The translations under genes and the position numbers were made by a program. 64,000 nt of DNA from Eukaryota sp. TZLM1-RC (taxonomy: Eukaryota; Protista; Metamonada: BaSk clade). Every line of letters begins with the position of its first letter. The stretch's first letter is position 1. Below are positions 23,215 through 36,279 of the stretch, one piece after another. The notes below the pieces were generated by a model that was not told the origin of the DNA, did not search any database, and saw nothing but the letters and a program-made list of their open reading frames with translations. The DNA is taken from assembly GCA_040285825.1 (NCBI GenBank), contig JAUPSS010000004.1:6725784-6789783 (forward strand), read 5' to 3'.

Positions 23215-24520
23215 TTTTGAGACAATCAGTACAAATACGCTTCTGCCATGAGCTTGCTTGAATGTTCTCGGCCATGCAACAATTGGACAGTTTGCTTGTA
23301 TTAAATTCACTGGTTGACAAGTGCTTCACGTCCTTTTGAAAACACAACCATTTTCTGAAAGCCCTTGCTGATCCTTATCGATTGATATTTCGGCAATGAG
23401 AAGGGAAATTGGAGCCCACATCAAGGTAAAGTTCTTCAAGATGTCCAGCCAGCCTTTGAAATTTGTTGAGGCTCTCTCTTTTTGTCTGTGGTTATCAAAT
23501 TAATTTATTTTTTAAATTTCTGGCATTTATCTTCCAAGTACACTTTTCTCCTGACCGAATTCCAATGGATTAAATATTGGTTGAAATTTTGAACAGAATA
23601 TTGGTCGGGGAGTGTTAACTGGGTGAAGCTTTTGTCGTGAATCTTCTACCAGTTACACAAGCGATGACTCCACATTGATTATCATTTAAGAAGTAACCAC
23701 ATAATCTAAAATTGCCCCAGATCAACACCGATAAGGGGTCCTTCGGTCATTATTTCGACTGGTTCTCTGCATCGTGGATTTCAGATTAAAGCGAAAAAGC
23801 TCACCAATTTCCTTTGATGAGAAAGTGTTTTTATTATTGAAAGACAGTAAAGAAGCAATGGCAGGAAATCTTTGAAAGAAATTCAACATAAATTAACATG
23901 CATTTAATAAGAAAAAATTCTCTTGAATTATTATGATTGAAATTGATGTAGGGTTCGAGACTTCTACTTCTTTGAATTGCTTACCTTCTGTTCTTTCACC
24001 AGCTTCTAGATGTGCTAAGGGTTCATCTGGTATAGGAAGGAGAAGATAATTGGCAAAGACATTCGTTTTATCCAGAGCTCTACAATGAGCACGAATGAAG
24101 TCTTTTGTCCAGGATTGACAAATTTTGGGTAAACTCGTCTTGACATGAGTTGCTAAGTGACGAGTTTGACAAGCAAGGTAAGGAGAAAGTCCTTTTCTAT
24201 TAATAAATTTCTATAGGGAACTAGAGAATTTTCCCATGAAGAAACGAGTGACCCGTCTTGTGGGCATTCAGGAAGAAATCCAAAAAATATGTAGTAATTG
24301 GCGTTGTCCTTTAGAGGTGGGTGGCTTTGGAAAAGAACCAGCGGTTATGACAATCATAATAAGATATCATACATCTTGTTTCACCAAACCTCTAAATACC
24401 AACGGAACATCCAGAAGAAAAGACTGAAGCAATAAAGAAGCTTCATGACAAATTTTGGTTACCAAAGAAATGTCAGACCGAAATTGTTTCACTGCAATAG
24501 GGGTCAAGAACGAGCTAAGT
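23215..24520 (-). pseudogene. Fanzor family B copy B2, degraded with internal deletions
   Basis: Reverse complement is colinear with 36300-38125 (e.g. 23240-23340 vs 38005-38105; 24050-24210 vs 36700-36860); truncated after RICTDC. Confidence 0.85.
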
Positions 24521-24744
24521 GCCCATTTTTTTTTATACCTGCAGTTGATCTTTTTCTAAAAACAATTTTTGGACCCCCCCTAAAATTCTCCATTTTGATC
24601 ATCATAAATGATGTTGTCCATCATCAAAAATATTTGAATGATAAATATCGAGTGTGTATGGGTAATGTGGGACAAAGTTGTTTTATAACTATTAAAATCA
24701 CTATTACTAGTAATCTCTCCTAAATTCATTGAAACATTTGTTTT

Positions 24745-25907
24745 ATCAAGCTATTCAAACTCTGACTCTGATTGTGCACGGCTGAAACCCAAACACTGGT
24801 GGAACACGTTCAGATATACTACCAGTGAACGCCAATTTGACAGAAAATGTACCAAATATCGTTCAACGGAAAAAAGAAAATCGGAAAATTGAAAAGTACA
24901 ATTACCTGATGGTGATTACTCTGGTCAGAATATTTTAAACCAATTTTCTTTATCTGTATCAAACAGACAACAAAAATCTTGTTTCAGTCAACATTTTGGT
25001 CATTACATCAAGTAATTTGAGCAATACAATGTTCATAAGAATACTTTTTACCAAGATATATGGTTCAAAAAAAGAAAATTTCAAACGTATTCGAATAATC
25101 AAAGAAGTGAAAAAAAACATGTTGGAAAGATTCAAATTGACCTTTGGTTCCCCTGAAGACGTAGTTATTGGTTATGGTGACTGGAGGTCGAAAGGAATTA
25201 CAAGGAAGGGAAAAAGAACAACCATAAGAGGAACCGAAATTTGCAAACTATTAAGAAGATTTGGTTATCGAATTTTCCTAGTTGATGAATATAGAACGAG
25301 TAAATCTTGTTCTAGTTGTGCTGTCATGGGAAATTTTGGAGAATGTGTCAACGATTCTAGTATTAAAGTGTTATGTCCTAAGGGGAAACGACAATTAAAA
25401 AGAAAAGCAAAAAAGTTGAAACAAGAAATTGATTTATTTAATCAAAACAATCCTACTAGAATAAGAGATTTTCAACAAGAATGGGATGAGCAGAAGGATT
25501 CACTAGAAGAAAAAGCAAAATCAACACCGTGGGGTTTAGTGAAGTGTCAGACGTGCAGCACGTATTGGAATAGAGACTTCAACTCTGACATAAATATATA
25601 TTCCATTATCACATCTGTAATCAACGGTGAAGGTAGACCACCCATTTTCGAGAGACCAAAAACTCAAACAAAAGATTTCGAAAATGGATCATCTACTTCA
25701 CAGAGAGATCAGAAAAAGAAGACTGCTGAGAAGGACAAAAAACCGAGATGTGGTATGTGTCGCGGAGAAGACCACAACAGAAGAAACTGTCCATCGCAAG
25801 TTTCTGAAACAAGCACATCCTCATCAGGTGGTCAAAGAAGACAAAGAGGAACTGAAATGGGAGTAGTCAAGAAGATCTCTGTAGAAGAAAATATCAGTCC
25901 ATCTTAA
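24745..25907 (+). pseudogene. Fanzor2 family C copy C1 (C-terminal half) with C-terminal CCHC zinc knuckle
   Basis: VVIGYGDW, FLVDEYRTSKSCSSC, WGLVKCQTCSTYWNRDFNSDINI, GRPPIFER, then CGMCRGEDHNRRNC. The upstream frame joins via an A8 run at ~25110; 5' truncated. Confidence 0.85.
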
Positions 25908-26052
25908 ACGATGTGGCAGCTCAATAGTGTTTGGAGTTGTAATGAAGAATGGATTTCCATTGTAGGTTTGGTAAATGCATTTGGATTTTACACTCCCAGT
26001 CACGGGAAATTAACCCCAAACTCCTACTTTCAAAGGGTTTACTTCAATCAAC

Positions 26053-29000
26053 ATGTCTACTGTCAAGTCTGGAGCTCAATCCGACTCTGGCTCAACACTG
26101 TTCAGGGATATGGTGACTCACAACATGTTTGCCATGTTCCGCCGTCTCAACAAGTGTTTTGGTCGCCATGTTCTGTTAGCTCAGATAGCGTTTTCATTAG
26201 AACTCTTACGTATGAATATATCTTTCACTTTATCCCAGAACTCATCGGTCTTGTCATCAATCCGTTCCTGGAACCGTGGCACTGGTCCGTTGATCCCCGG
26301 CACTTCCTCGTCAACCTTTACTTTCCATCTTTCTTTTCAGATACATCCTTCTCTTTATTTTCTCATCGTACAGTTTTCTTTATATTATCCTCTACCATTG
26401 TTACACTGCTTGCGTCTCTAGGACTTTGCTTCTACTCTACAGTGAAGGAAATTCCAAAGGCCATCATCTTCCGTTTTTGTCGCCTTTTGTTTGAAATCGT
26501 AGCCGGTCCCCTATTCCTCCCTGCTGTGATCCACTTTATGACCTATCTCACGTGTTCTGACGTGGGCACTTTCTCCAAATTCTCCACCTCCCAGTGTTAT
26601 TCTACCGAAGCTCTTGTTCTCCGCATTCCCGCAGTTTTATTACTTTTGATTACCATTGTATTAAAGTTTGCTCAACACTTCGCCCTGTTCGATCTCTCTC
26701 CTTACAGTAGGAAAGTATTTGCTCGGCCTCATTCAAGGTGGCTTTGTTACTTTACTCTTGTTCGAATTATTATTGTCTTTGCTTTGATTACTTTGGACCA
26801 TATCAAATACATTTTTTGGGTTTTATACCCTTTTCTTGCCCTCACTTGCTTGATCTACCTCTTGTCGACCCACCCCTTCTTTTCTTCTAGAACCAATACT
26901 AGAGTGGCTGGTGGACTTGGGGTTTGGTTTGGTTGTTCTCTTTTATGGGTTGGTAAGCAAGTAGCATTTGAGGTTTGGGGAGTGGAGTTTGATGCTGTGT
27001 TTGTAATGTCTTCTTTTTTAACAATCTCTGTTGTTTTTGCTGTTGGATTTTATTTTCTGGAAGTTTGGCTTTATTCGAGGAGTTTAAAGTTATTGCCACG
27101 TTTAAATCTAGAATTACTTGAGAATGATACTGATTTAGATGATATGGACATTATTGTACCCAAAGTGAAGTCCCCATTCCATTGTGAATTACTCTCTCGG
27201 TTCCTCTTAACCCACCGTAGGCCAACCCAAACCTACTTAATCGTGGCGAAGAACCTTTGGGAGTCTTGTTTGGAGGAGTTTCCTGAAAGCAGTGAGGCTT
27301 TGGTGCTAAAGGCTCACTTTGAGGTAGTTTTCTTGAAGGATGCACTGAATGCTTTGGTATCACTTAACTCAGTTTCAACAGCAGACTTGGAAGTTTCTGT
27401 TTCTTGGAAGTACCTGTCTTTTTATTTATTTCAAGAATGTGACTACTTGAGAAGATTCCAGAACACAGGACAGTCATTGGATTCAGGTTCATTTGTTCAA
27501 ATTCAACGTCAACTTAACGATACTAAAGACTCTGTACAGGAATGTTTGGATCATTTGAAAGCTTTTTGGACACATCTCCTATCTGAGAATGTTAACCTTC
27601 AACAATTACCAGTACTTACTCAAAGGATTTATTCGACCAGAACTGAATGTGATGAGTCTTTTAAAAAGCTTTTGATGAATGGCAAAGGTAATAGGGATAT
27701 TCTGCTGGCTTATATTGATTTTGTCAAGGATGTGGTGCAAGATGATGAACTTTTAACAAATCTTCAAACCCAATACGAACTCCTCGACACTGACAGTCAG
27801 CAATCATCGAGTTATGATGGCAAATCATCACGTAATCTTTCCGAATCTGGTTCTATTTCTGGAACTAGATCAGTCAGAAGCACCACTCACAAAAGAAGAC
27901 GAAAAAGGAAGAAGAAGCTACTAAACCTAAACGACACGCTGAGTGATTCAGCTTCAACTGCTGAATCGTCCATTTCCAAGCTATTTAGGTCAATCATTAT
28001 TGCCACCCTTATCATATTCGGTTTGTCACTTGCTGCCTTTATTGCTGTTTCTGCCGCTTTGGAATCCATCCAAGAAGCAACCAGGCAATTCTATGAAGCC
28101 GACCATCTTGGTTTTACTGTCAATAAGCTTGGATTTGATGTTCTATTAGCCAATGTTTTGGGTGGGGAGTATAACAATGAAGTTGGTATTCCTAATGTTG
28201 AACTTGGTCAAGTACAAGGTGATATTCGAAGAACCGCTGAACATTTAATGCTTCATATAAGAAGACTTTACCTTGGTTCTTCGTTTTCCCAGTCTGTCAG
28301 AGGTGATACTGAAGTTTGTCCCGGAATTACTGACTCTACCAATGTTAATGCCATGGCAAGCACACCATTAAGGAACGTTTTCGTTGACTCTTCTCTATCT
28401 GCTACTTCATCTTCAATCTCTGTACCACCTCTAACTGAAACCACCATTACTTCCCTGTGGCAGCTAATTCTTCAATACACCAGATCGGCCATTGGTACTG
28501 TGGAGGTTGAACTTAATGGTCATGGTGAGGACCTTTTGCTCTCTTTTCAGTCAACATTAGACTTTGTCATGCTGAACCAGTTCTCCTTGTCTGATATGAT
28601 AGTTAGGTTGTGGAATAGATTAGAGGCTAACAATTATGAGTTCATTACCACCATCAACACTGTAGGAGTGGCAGTAGGGTTCTCCAGCTTTGCTATGTTG
28701 CTGGGAATTGGTTTGCTAATGTTCAAGAGAGCTTTTAGCTTTATTTCATCTGAAAGAAACTACATTCTTAATCTTTTCTTGTATATTCCAAAGGATGCAA
28801 TTGAACGTATCTTGGCTGACCCAAAGTTTCATGCTGGGAAGGAAAGGAAAGTGACTAAAGCTGCTGTTGCTGAATCTGATGAGAGCGAGTTTTCTGATAG
28901 TGAGACTGACGGAGGATTGAGTGATCAAAAGACCAAACCACAAAACAATTTTGTTGAACAACCCATTGAATCTGGGGTGGGACCAGATTCAACTCTCAAC

Positions 29001-31484
29001 ATAATGCTGAACACCCTTGAGGACAAGGGGGAGGACTACTTAGTTAATCTCACATCACCAGAGTCTCCAAGTGTAGATAAGACTTCTAAAACTAATGGAA
29101 TAATGGTTACTTATATAGTCGTATCTTTATCAGTTCTTACTGCTCTAGTTTTTGGTGGAGCGATTCTGTTTTTTATCTTGCGGGAATCAATAGAAACACT
29201 TCAAGAAACAAGTTTTGAGTCGGTTGAGTATCTCTCAATGGTACAAGAGTTGGTTGTTCTTCAAAGACAGGCTTCGAATTTTGTTTTACGTTTTGCCCAG
29301 CAATCAGATCTTCAATCTTTTGACGATTATTGGGATCTGGTCTCGTCTGGTCAACGGGAAGCTATCGTCTCTGGACTGCAAGAACACTTGACTGATCCTG
29401 TTTCGCTTGAGCTTTTGGGTACCAATGCCTACTATAATGATTTACTGTTTTATTATGACAGAATTTCAATAACTTTGTCAACACTTGCAGCTGGTAGAGT
29501 CTTGGACAATTTTCATCAATTAAGGCACTTTGACTATGACATTCGTAACGAAACCCTTTACAGGTACAATGCTGTTAGGTTTCCCAACACGAGAATGAGT
29601 TACTCGAACCTTGCTGATGATTCTAAACTTGATGTAGATGAATTAAGAAGCCTTGCTCGCTACATTGTGTCAGGTGATAAGTATCTTCATTACAGAACTC
29701 TTGCTATTGAAAGTCTCCAAGAACTAGATAGACGTTTGGCTAGTGTATTGAATGACAACCTTGATGATGTTCACACCACTGCCACTCAGGATTTAGTTTT
29801 AGCTGTCTCTGTTCCTTTAATCGTTTTAGTTATTTTTGGTTTTACGTGTGGGGTTACTGTCAAAAGGTTGACTCTATTTAGGTTGAAGAAGGCTACATTC
29901 AGTTGCATTGCTCTCTCCTCTGTTTGTGCGGTGTTGGTGTTGGGGTTGTCCATTTTTGTTCAATTCCAATTAAACGGCATACAAAATGAATTCTTTTTAA
30001 AGGAAGAAATTACCTCTGATATTGTTTTACTTGAAGGTGCCGACCAAAGATTAGCCTATTTTGCTGGTTCCTTCACTCAATTTGGGTCGAATGTTGACTA
30101 CTTAACATATTTTGAAGTTCCTGAACAATTTGCTCCTCTTACTGCAAGAGTTGAAGACATTGTGAAAAATCAAGGTAATTTAAGAACCTTTTACTCTTAT
30201 GAAAACCTTTTTTCTGCATTAGAAACCACACGATCTTCTTGGCAAAGTGTTCGTCAAATTGAGTTGATTGCTCTCAGAATTGGAGCTGCAGGATTTAATT
30301 TATCCAACTATTTGGTGAATTATACAAAAGATGTTGTTTGGAATGTTGCTGATGAACCTGATTACCACATACAGAACGAAATTTACTCTTATGTCCCTGA
30401 AGAGAGTCGTTATTCCAATTATGAACATGATTTAAGTTTAGAACCTGAAATTCAACAGTCATTGGCCAGAGCTGTGTTGTTCGGACCAAAGTACTACCAC
30501 ACATCTTTGGAGTTGGAGGCTGAACTAACTCCTTTGAGAGACAGTTTTGAAAGAAGATTTCTTGATATTTTTTCAAAAATGCTTTCAGAAACTTTGAGGA
30601 ATGTCTTAATTTTGATCTTCTCATCAATTCTTTTCGGGGTCTCTTTGCTTGCCTCTACAATTTCCTTTTACCTGTCCCTTACACCAGCGAAAGAAGAAAG
30701 TTCCCACATCAAACAACGTATTACAGTCAGTTTGGTTTCTGTTTTGACCAAGCAATACATTCTCTCCTTGACCATTATTGGGATTGTCTTGGCAGTGTTT
30801 TATGCTATTGGGTTTTATTTTGTTAATTCAACTTCATACATCGCCCCTGAACTCAACTTGGCGGGGCAACGCATGTCTTACACCCAAGAAGCTTTGACCT
30901 ACATGGCACACACCATCGCTAGACCAGTTGATAGAGAGTTGTTAAGGTTACACACCCTCAACACCCTTGATAGACTCCAGGCCACGCACCATCAGCTTTT
31001 GTTTGGTAATCAACAACTAAGTGGTTCAGCTGGACGATATGCTACCCAGGATTCTTTGGAGTTTATTACAAGATTCACTGGTGAATCAACCATCGACACT
31101 GGTCTTTCAGTACATTTGGAGTCCTTTATCATTCTCGCGAGGCAGTTCTCTACAGCGTCTCAAGGAATCACGTTTAGGTTCGACGGTTATCACTTCTCTG
31201 AAATGTATTCTCTTGCTGAGCAATTAGATAATTCCATGATGAATAGTCTCGATGTTTATCGCGATGAGGCCTTACAATTACTCAGTGGTTATTTAGCCAT
31301 AATGAGGATTCTATTTGCTTTATTTTTAGTGACCTTGATTATTATTTTCTTTGCCGTGTTTAAACGAATGATTAAGAGATTGAAATCTGAAGAGGCAGTG
31401 ACTCTTACCTTGCTTCAGACGATCCCAGAGAGTGTTATAGCAGAAGTTCCTTTGATTGCGGATTATTTGGCATCGAGAGAGTAA
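26053..31484 (+). CDS. Large multipass membrane protein, TmcB/TmcC-like (TPR region plus extracellular sensor-like repeats); one 29-nt intron at 26210-26238
   Basis: Splicing gtatg...atcccag joins MSTVKSG..LELL to QLIGLVINPF in frame. Multiple TM clusters, FWTHLL..Y.DFVKDV TPR-like segment, repeated LFLYIPKDAI / LLQTIPESVI motifs. Confidence 0.7.
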
Positions 31485-32057
31485 AATTCTGTGCAATTAC
31501 TTATTTTCCAGTGTATTTTATATTAATAAACTCTTTTACCATTGTTTGTAAGAAAAACAAATACATTTGCATGAGACGATTCTCATTTTGGAAAAGAAAA
31601 TGTTTTTTAGTGTTAAATCAAACAATTTGTTAACCATTGATCAACAATGACTTTCAACTACATCAAGATTCCAGATGTATCACAAGCAAATGTTTTGCCA
31701 AACTAACCACTAGTCATCATTGCCCATAATATGGTGATTTCGGTTGTACCATCGCTTTAATGGTTATTTCTTTAATTGTGGATTAAGAGTAGTTTTTCTA
31801 AAATATTTTCTAAAGTTTGCATTTTGCTGGCATTGCTAAATCATTACAGACGAAGAAATCGAATTAACAAGAAATCAGAGCAAATAGTTTGAATCAGAAC
31901 ATTTTAGGCATTAAGTAAAGTATCTTCTGAAATAACGCAATTTGCTCATGCATTTTCGACAATAAAATGTTAACCCCTGCTATCAAATTTGAGGCAGCCT
32001 CAACGACGTAGACAAGAATCTTTTCATTGTTTTAGAAAAAACTAAGTTACTGACTTC

Positions 32058-33608
32058 TTTTTTTACCTTATTTATTTTTATTCAACAACAAATATGAAAT
32101 ACACAATTAAAACTCCACATCCTCAAAACCTGCCTCCCCTACATCAAAACAATTAATCGCTAAAGATTCAGAAAATTTCCCAAAAGAAGATAGTGAATCA
32201 GAAATTAGTGTTACCATTCCCTTTAAAATAGAAAATACAATCCTGTTTTGCCAGTAAACACGATTGAAAATTCTTCCAGTTCTTTCCTTTACAACTACAA
32301 CAAAATCCTCAAGGAAAGCCATAGCAGCCTTACCTAGAGATCCAAGCAAAGAAAAAACAAATGGACATAAATTATATTGGGCATGAGAATTTTCATTAAC
32401 CGAGGAAATGGGTTTCGCATATATAGCAATTTTATATTTTTCGCCTGCAAAAAGAGGATTATTTACATCCGAGTTAATGAAATGTTCGTTAGAGGAATAA
32501 CAAGGGTCAATAGACATGGCGTCCAAAATAGTAAAACTACCATTTAAACCAGGAACAACTAGATCACCTCTAGTCAGACCCATAGAAGCTCTGTTGTAAC
32601 GCGTACTGTCAATATTGAGATCATCAAGAATTAATTTTGATAACAGCGGTTCTAAAAAGGAATCTACTCGATATGATTTGCACATTACATAAATTTGGTC
32701 CCTGACGTTATTATGCACTTTGCTTCTAAACGTAATGAAATGTTTACAGTTCAAAAGATGAGTAAACAAAAGAGGTTTACCACATTTACAAGTTAAATGA
32801 TTGGGCAAATTGTTTGGCCAAAGAAAACAACGAAAACGCATGTTTAGAAGCCATTCATTGTCTTTTAACAAAAGTCCATAAACAGAGGGAACTTGAGTTA
32901 CTAAAGCAGCAGCTGAACTATCACGAATATCCTTTAAAAAATTACCGAAAGCGGGATTTTTAGTTTTGGCCAAGCCAAGTCTTACTTCATAATCCAAGCC
33001 TTCATATAATTTAACCAGATGGTGCTGAAGCTTTTTCAAGCAAAAACGTAAATTTGGAAGTGATCGGGTGGGAATTTCTTGAACATTTTGAGGAAAACAC
33101 TGAATCCAGATATCACTAGGCAAATTATCTAATTCGATTTGAAGTTGATTCAAGTAAAAATTTGATTCACCATTGATCAGATGAACATCAAAAGGGAACC
33201 TTTGGAAAAATTCAAAAACAAAATTTTTACCACCTCCCAAAAATGCTGCTTTACACAGAATCGAAGATTTGGTGAATCCAATGCCACCCAAATCTGCTGA
33301 ACAAAATACATGACTTCGAATTAAAGATTCATTTACTTCTAATAAAAAAGAAAAAAATTTGACTCGAAGTTTGTTAAAAGATCTGCAAAAATTGAGAGAT
33401 ACCGAAGGGGGAGTTGACCTTAAAATATGAGTCAATTTTCCAGAATAACAAATTTTTAAAATAAAAAATTTGATGTGTTTCTCAATGTCACATTCAGCAA
33501 TAAAACTAAGATCCTTGTCAAACTTCTCCAATAAATTGTTTAACTGGGAATAAATTTCATCCAAATTGCCAAGCCAACATCCAAAAAACTTAAAAGCTTG
33601 TTAAAAAA
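32058..33608 (-). mobile_element. 5'-truncated CRE-like retrotransposon (subfamily 2) with 14-bp TSD
   Basis: ORF 32107..33564 (RT thumb, CKCGK..HLLNC, RGDLVVPG RLE); A-tail at 32058; TSD AAGTTACTGACTTC at 32044-32057 and 33609-33622. Confidence 0.92.
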
Positions 33609-33659
33609 AAGTTACTGACTTCAGTAAGAAACTTGTAGAACTATAATATATTAGGCGGC

Positions 33660-33935
33660 GAATATAAATAAAAAATCAAATAGACAACTAAGGCTCCACA
33701 TAATCATCTGCCTCTGCAACATCGAAAGAGTTAATTACTAAATATTTTGCAAATGGACCAAAATAAGAAACTGAATCAGAAATATATTTCAACATTCCCT
33801 TATAAATTGCAAACACAATCCTTTTTTGCCAGTCAACACGATTGAAAATACCTCCAGCCCTTTCTTTTACAACTACTCTGGATTCCTCGAGGAAAGCCAA
33901 AGCAACCTTACCTAAAGAACTGAGCAAAGAAGAAA
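33660..33935 (-). mobile_element. 3' fragment of CRE-like element
   Basis: LGKVALAFLEE..VKERAGGIFNRVDWQKRIVFAIYKGM is homologous to the CRE C-terminus. Confidence 0.8.
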
Positions 33936-34216
33936 GATTAGATAGATTAGATGAATTAGAAATGTTATTCATTTAGTGAGGGTAGTATCCGTAGGTGATT
34001 TAAATTGGAACTAAATGTACTAATACTCACCAGATAACTAATAGTTCCAAAATGCAATATTATCGATTCATCTTTTATTATAGTGTTCGTCCAAGTGCAT
34101 GTAAAAAGAATAGTGTTTTGGTGAAAGAATTGGTGTGGTGAAAGAGGATTTTATAATTATGTGGACAAAACGAAAACCACACAAATACCTTCTGAAAGTT
34201 ACTTCAATATTAACAT

Positions 34217-34697
34217 ATGTCCCAGGTCCACATTCTTGATGTTAAAATCCTCAACAATCCAGCAAAGTTCTTAGACCCTTATCAATTTGAAATAGCATTT
34301 GAAGCTCAAGATAGCATATCCGCTGACGACAGTAGGTTATATACACTTGCTACTCATCTTAGTTCTTGAGTTTCGTATTGTCTATGTAGGTTCTTCCAAG
34401 TCTGAAGAACATGACCAGGAACTGGATGTTATTGAAATATCACCCATACCTGCAGGAACCAGTCGATTCACAGTTGAAACAGACCCACCTGAACCTTCAA
34501 AGATTCCTCTGGATGATCTTCTTGGTGTCACAGTAATATTTGTGGCTTGTGTACTTAATGGAAAGGAAATCGTTCGTATTGGGTTCTTTTGTAATGTACA
34601 TTATGAAGACCCACAAGCTGAGTTGGATGAACCTGATTTTAAGCTTTTGAATAGAAATGTATGCATTGACGAACCAAGGATTACAGTTCATGGATAA
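34217..34697 (+). CDS. ASF1: Histone chaperone ASF1; 31-nt intron at 34332-34362
   Basis: MSQVHILDVKILNNPAKFLDPYQFEIAFE spliced (gtagg...cttag) to LEFRIVYVGSSKSEEHDQELD..DDLLGVTVI..PRIT. Confidence 0.93.
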
Positions 34698-34954
34698 TCT
34701 CAATAAAATAAATTAAGAACATGTTGTTGATACTCATCAATGAGATGATGGAAATAGGTATTAAAGATCAGCATACACTCTTCTTTAGGGCATACATATC
34801 CTTTAAGGCTAAGGACATATCTCTTTGATTTGTCTGTGTTGATTTCAATTTATAAAGGATATTGGTGTTGATACACGTAATCATCGCTAGTTGTTGTCAT
34901 GAAGGGAGTTTGTATTTCAATATTTCTTAGTATTTTGCAAAATTGGTGAATTGC

Positions 34955-34990
34955 CATTCCCATTCCCATTCCCATTCCCACCCCATTCCC
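34955..34990. repeat. (CCCATT)n microsatellite
   Basis: ccattcccattcccattcccattcccaccccattccc. Confidence 0.8.
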
Positions 34991-35385
34991 AATTCTCAAA
35001 ATCCATGCCGTTTAACACCGATCATTTTTTTTCTGATGTCAATTTACTTCAACTTAAGGAAGGATTGGTGTTCTATTTTTATTCTTTTATTGGAAAAAAC
35101 AAATCTGTCAAAAGTTTTATTGGACAATACAAATTGTTTAAAACTAATGTCGCTATAATTGAGTGCGCACCAAACAAAAACAATGTTATACCAAACGCAC
35201 CATCGTACCACCGAACAAAAAAAGTAATAGTAATAAAAAGTAGTGGTTGTGGTTATCCAATTGCTCCTTTTGTGGATTCTTCTCAGGTTGTTGTTGACTT
35301 TACTACTGTTGATTCTTTTGCTTCAATTTACTGTGAAGATGTCTTAGTTAGTTCTAATGGCCACTTAGACAAGGCTGAGTTGATT

Positions 35386-36024
35386 CTAATTCTTTTCTGT
35401 TGATTCTAATTGTCTCTTCAGTAATAACTGATCCTTTTCTGAGCTCTTCTTCCACTCATCTTTATAATTTTCAAGTTTTTCAATCCATTCCGCGTCCTTT
35501 GAACTACAAATATTTGTCAGCTGAGACTTGACACTTGTCAGCTCAGAGAACAGCTCAGTGACACGTGTTTCTGCTGAATTCAACTGACTTTTGTAATTTT
35601 GCGCTTCCTTTTGAATTTGTTGAAATTCAGTTTCTAAAATATTATTTTCAGCCACTTGATTAGTTAATTCCAAATCCTTTTCATTAATTTCAGACATTAA
35701 CTGGGAATTTCGGAATCTTAACTTTGAAATTTCAGTTTCCAGTTTATGCGCATCATGAGAGTGTAGAGACGACAGAGCAAGGGAAAGAGAGGACTGTAGT
35801 TGAGATTCAATTGAGGTAAGTTCTGCATTGATATCATGGCGAAGGTCATTGAGATCAGAACGAAGCGAGAACGCATTTGAAACCTTCTGGAGTGTGTCTG
35901 GAGCGAAAAATACATCACTTACTTGTGGAAGAGGAAGATTATGTGATTTGCAGTAGTTTTGATAAGTAGTGATTGTGTGTTTAAGCTGAATCACCTTGGT
36001 TTGTAAAGAATTGAGTTTAGACAT
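35386..36024 (-). CDS. Hypothetical coiled-coil protein
   Basis: 212-aa ATG ORF with heptad composition; no recognised motif; gene ends uncertain. Confidence 0.5.
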   Translation of the reverse strand: MSKLNSLQTKVIQLKHTITTYQNYCKSHNLPLPQVSDVFFAPDTLQKVSNAFSLRSDLNDLRHDINAELTSIESQLQSSLSLALSSLHSHDAHKLETEISKLRFRNSQLMSEINEKDLELTNQVAENNILETEFQQIQKEAQNYKSQLNSAETRVTELFSELTSVKSQLTNICSSKDAEWIEKLENYKDEWKKSSEKDQLLLKRQLESTEKN

Positions 36025-36279
36025 CGGCTAATAACACAAAACGTCAAACAGTGGTAACCTGTTGAGATTAATGGAGGACGTGGATAAAATAAACTGAGAT
36101 GCTGAACTACTCAGTTGGAGAATTCTTACAAAGTAAATGGAAAGTGTGGGAAAGTGTGGGAATAGTGAAAACCTCCCAAAACCAAGTTGAGGGTTAAAAT
36201 CCTCCCAGAATAGGCAACCAGAAGTCGAAAATGGGTGACAAGTGTAAAATTTGATAGATGAGCTCTTTATTCTCACTAC

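Noticed and set aside
25105-25120. A-AAA-AAC as a -1 frameshift heptamer
   Set aside because: Joining the two Fanzor frames needs +1, not -1.
25911-26052. N-terminal extension of the 1857-aa ORF
   Set aside because: A spliced start at 26053 gives a better protein; the extension directly follows the Fanzor C1 stop.
34955-34990. (CCCATT)n as interstitial telomeric repeat
   Set aside because: Only about five units and the host telomere sequence is unknown.
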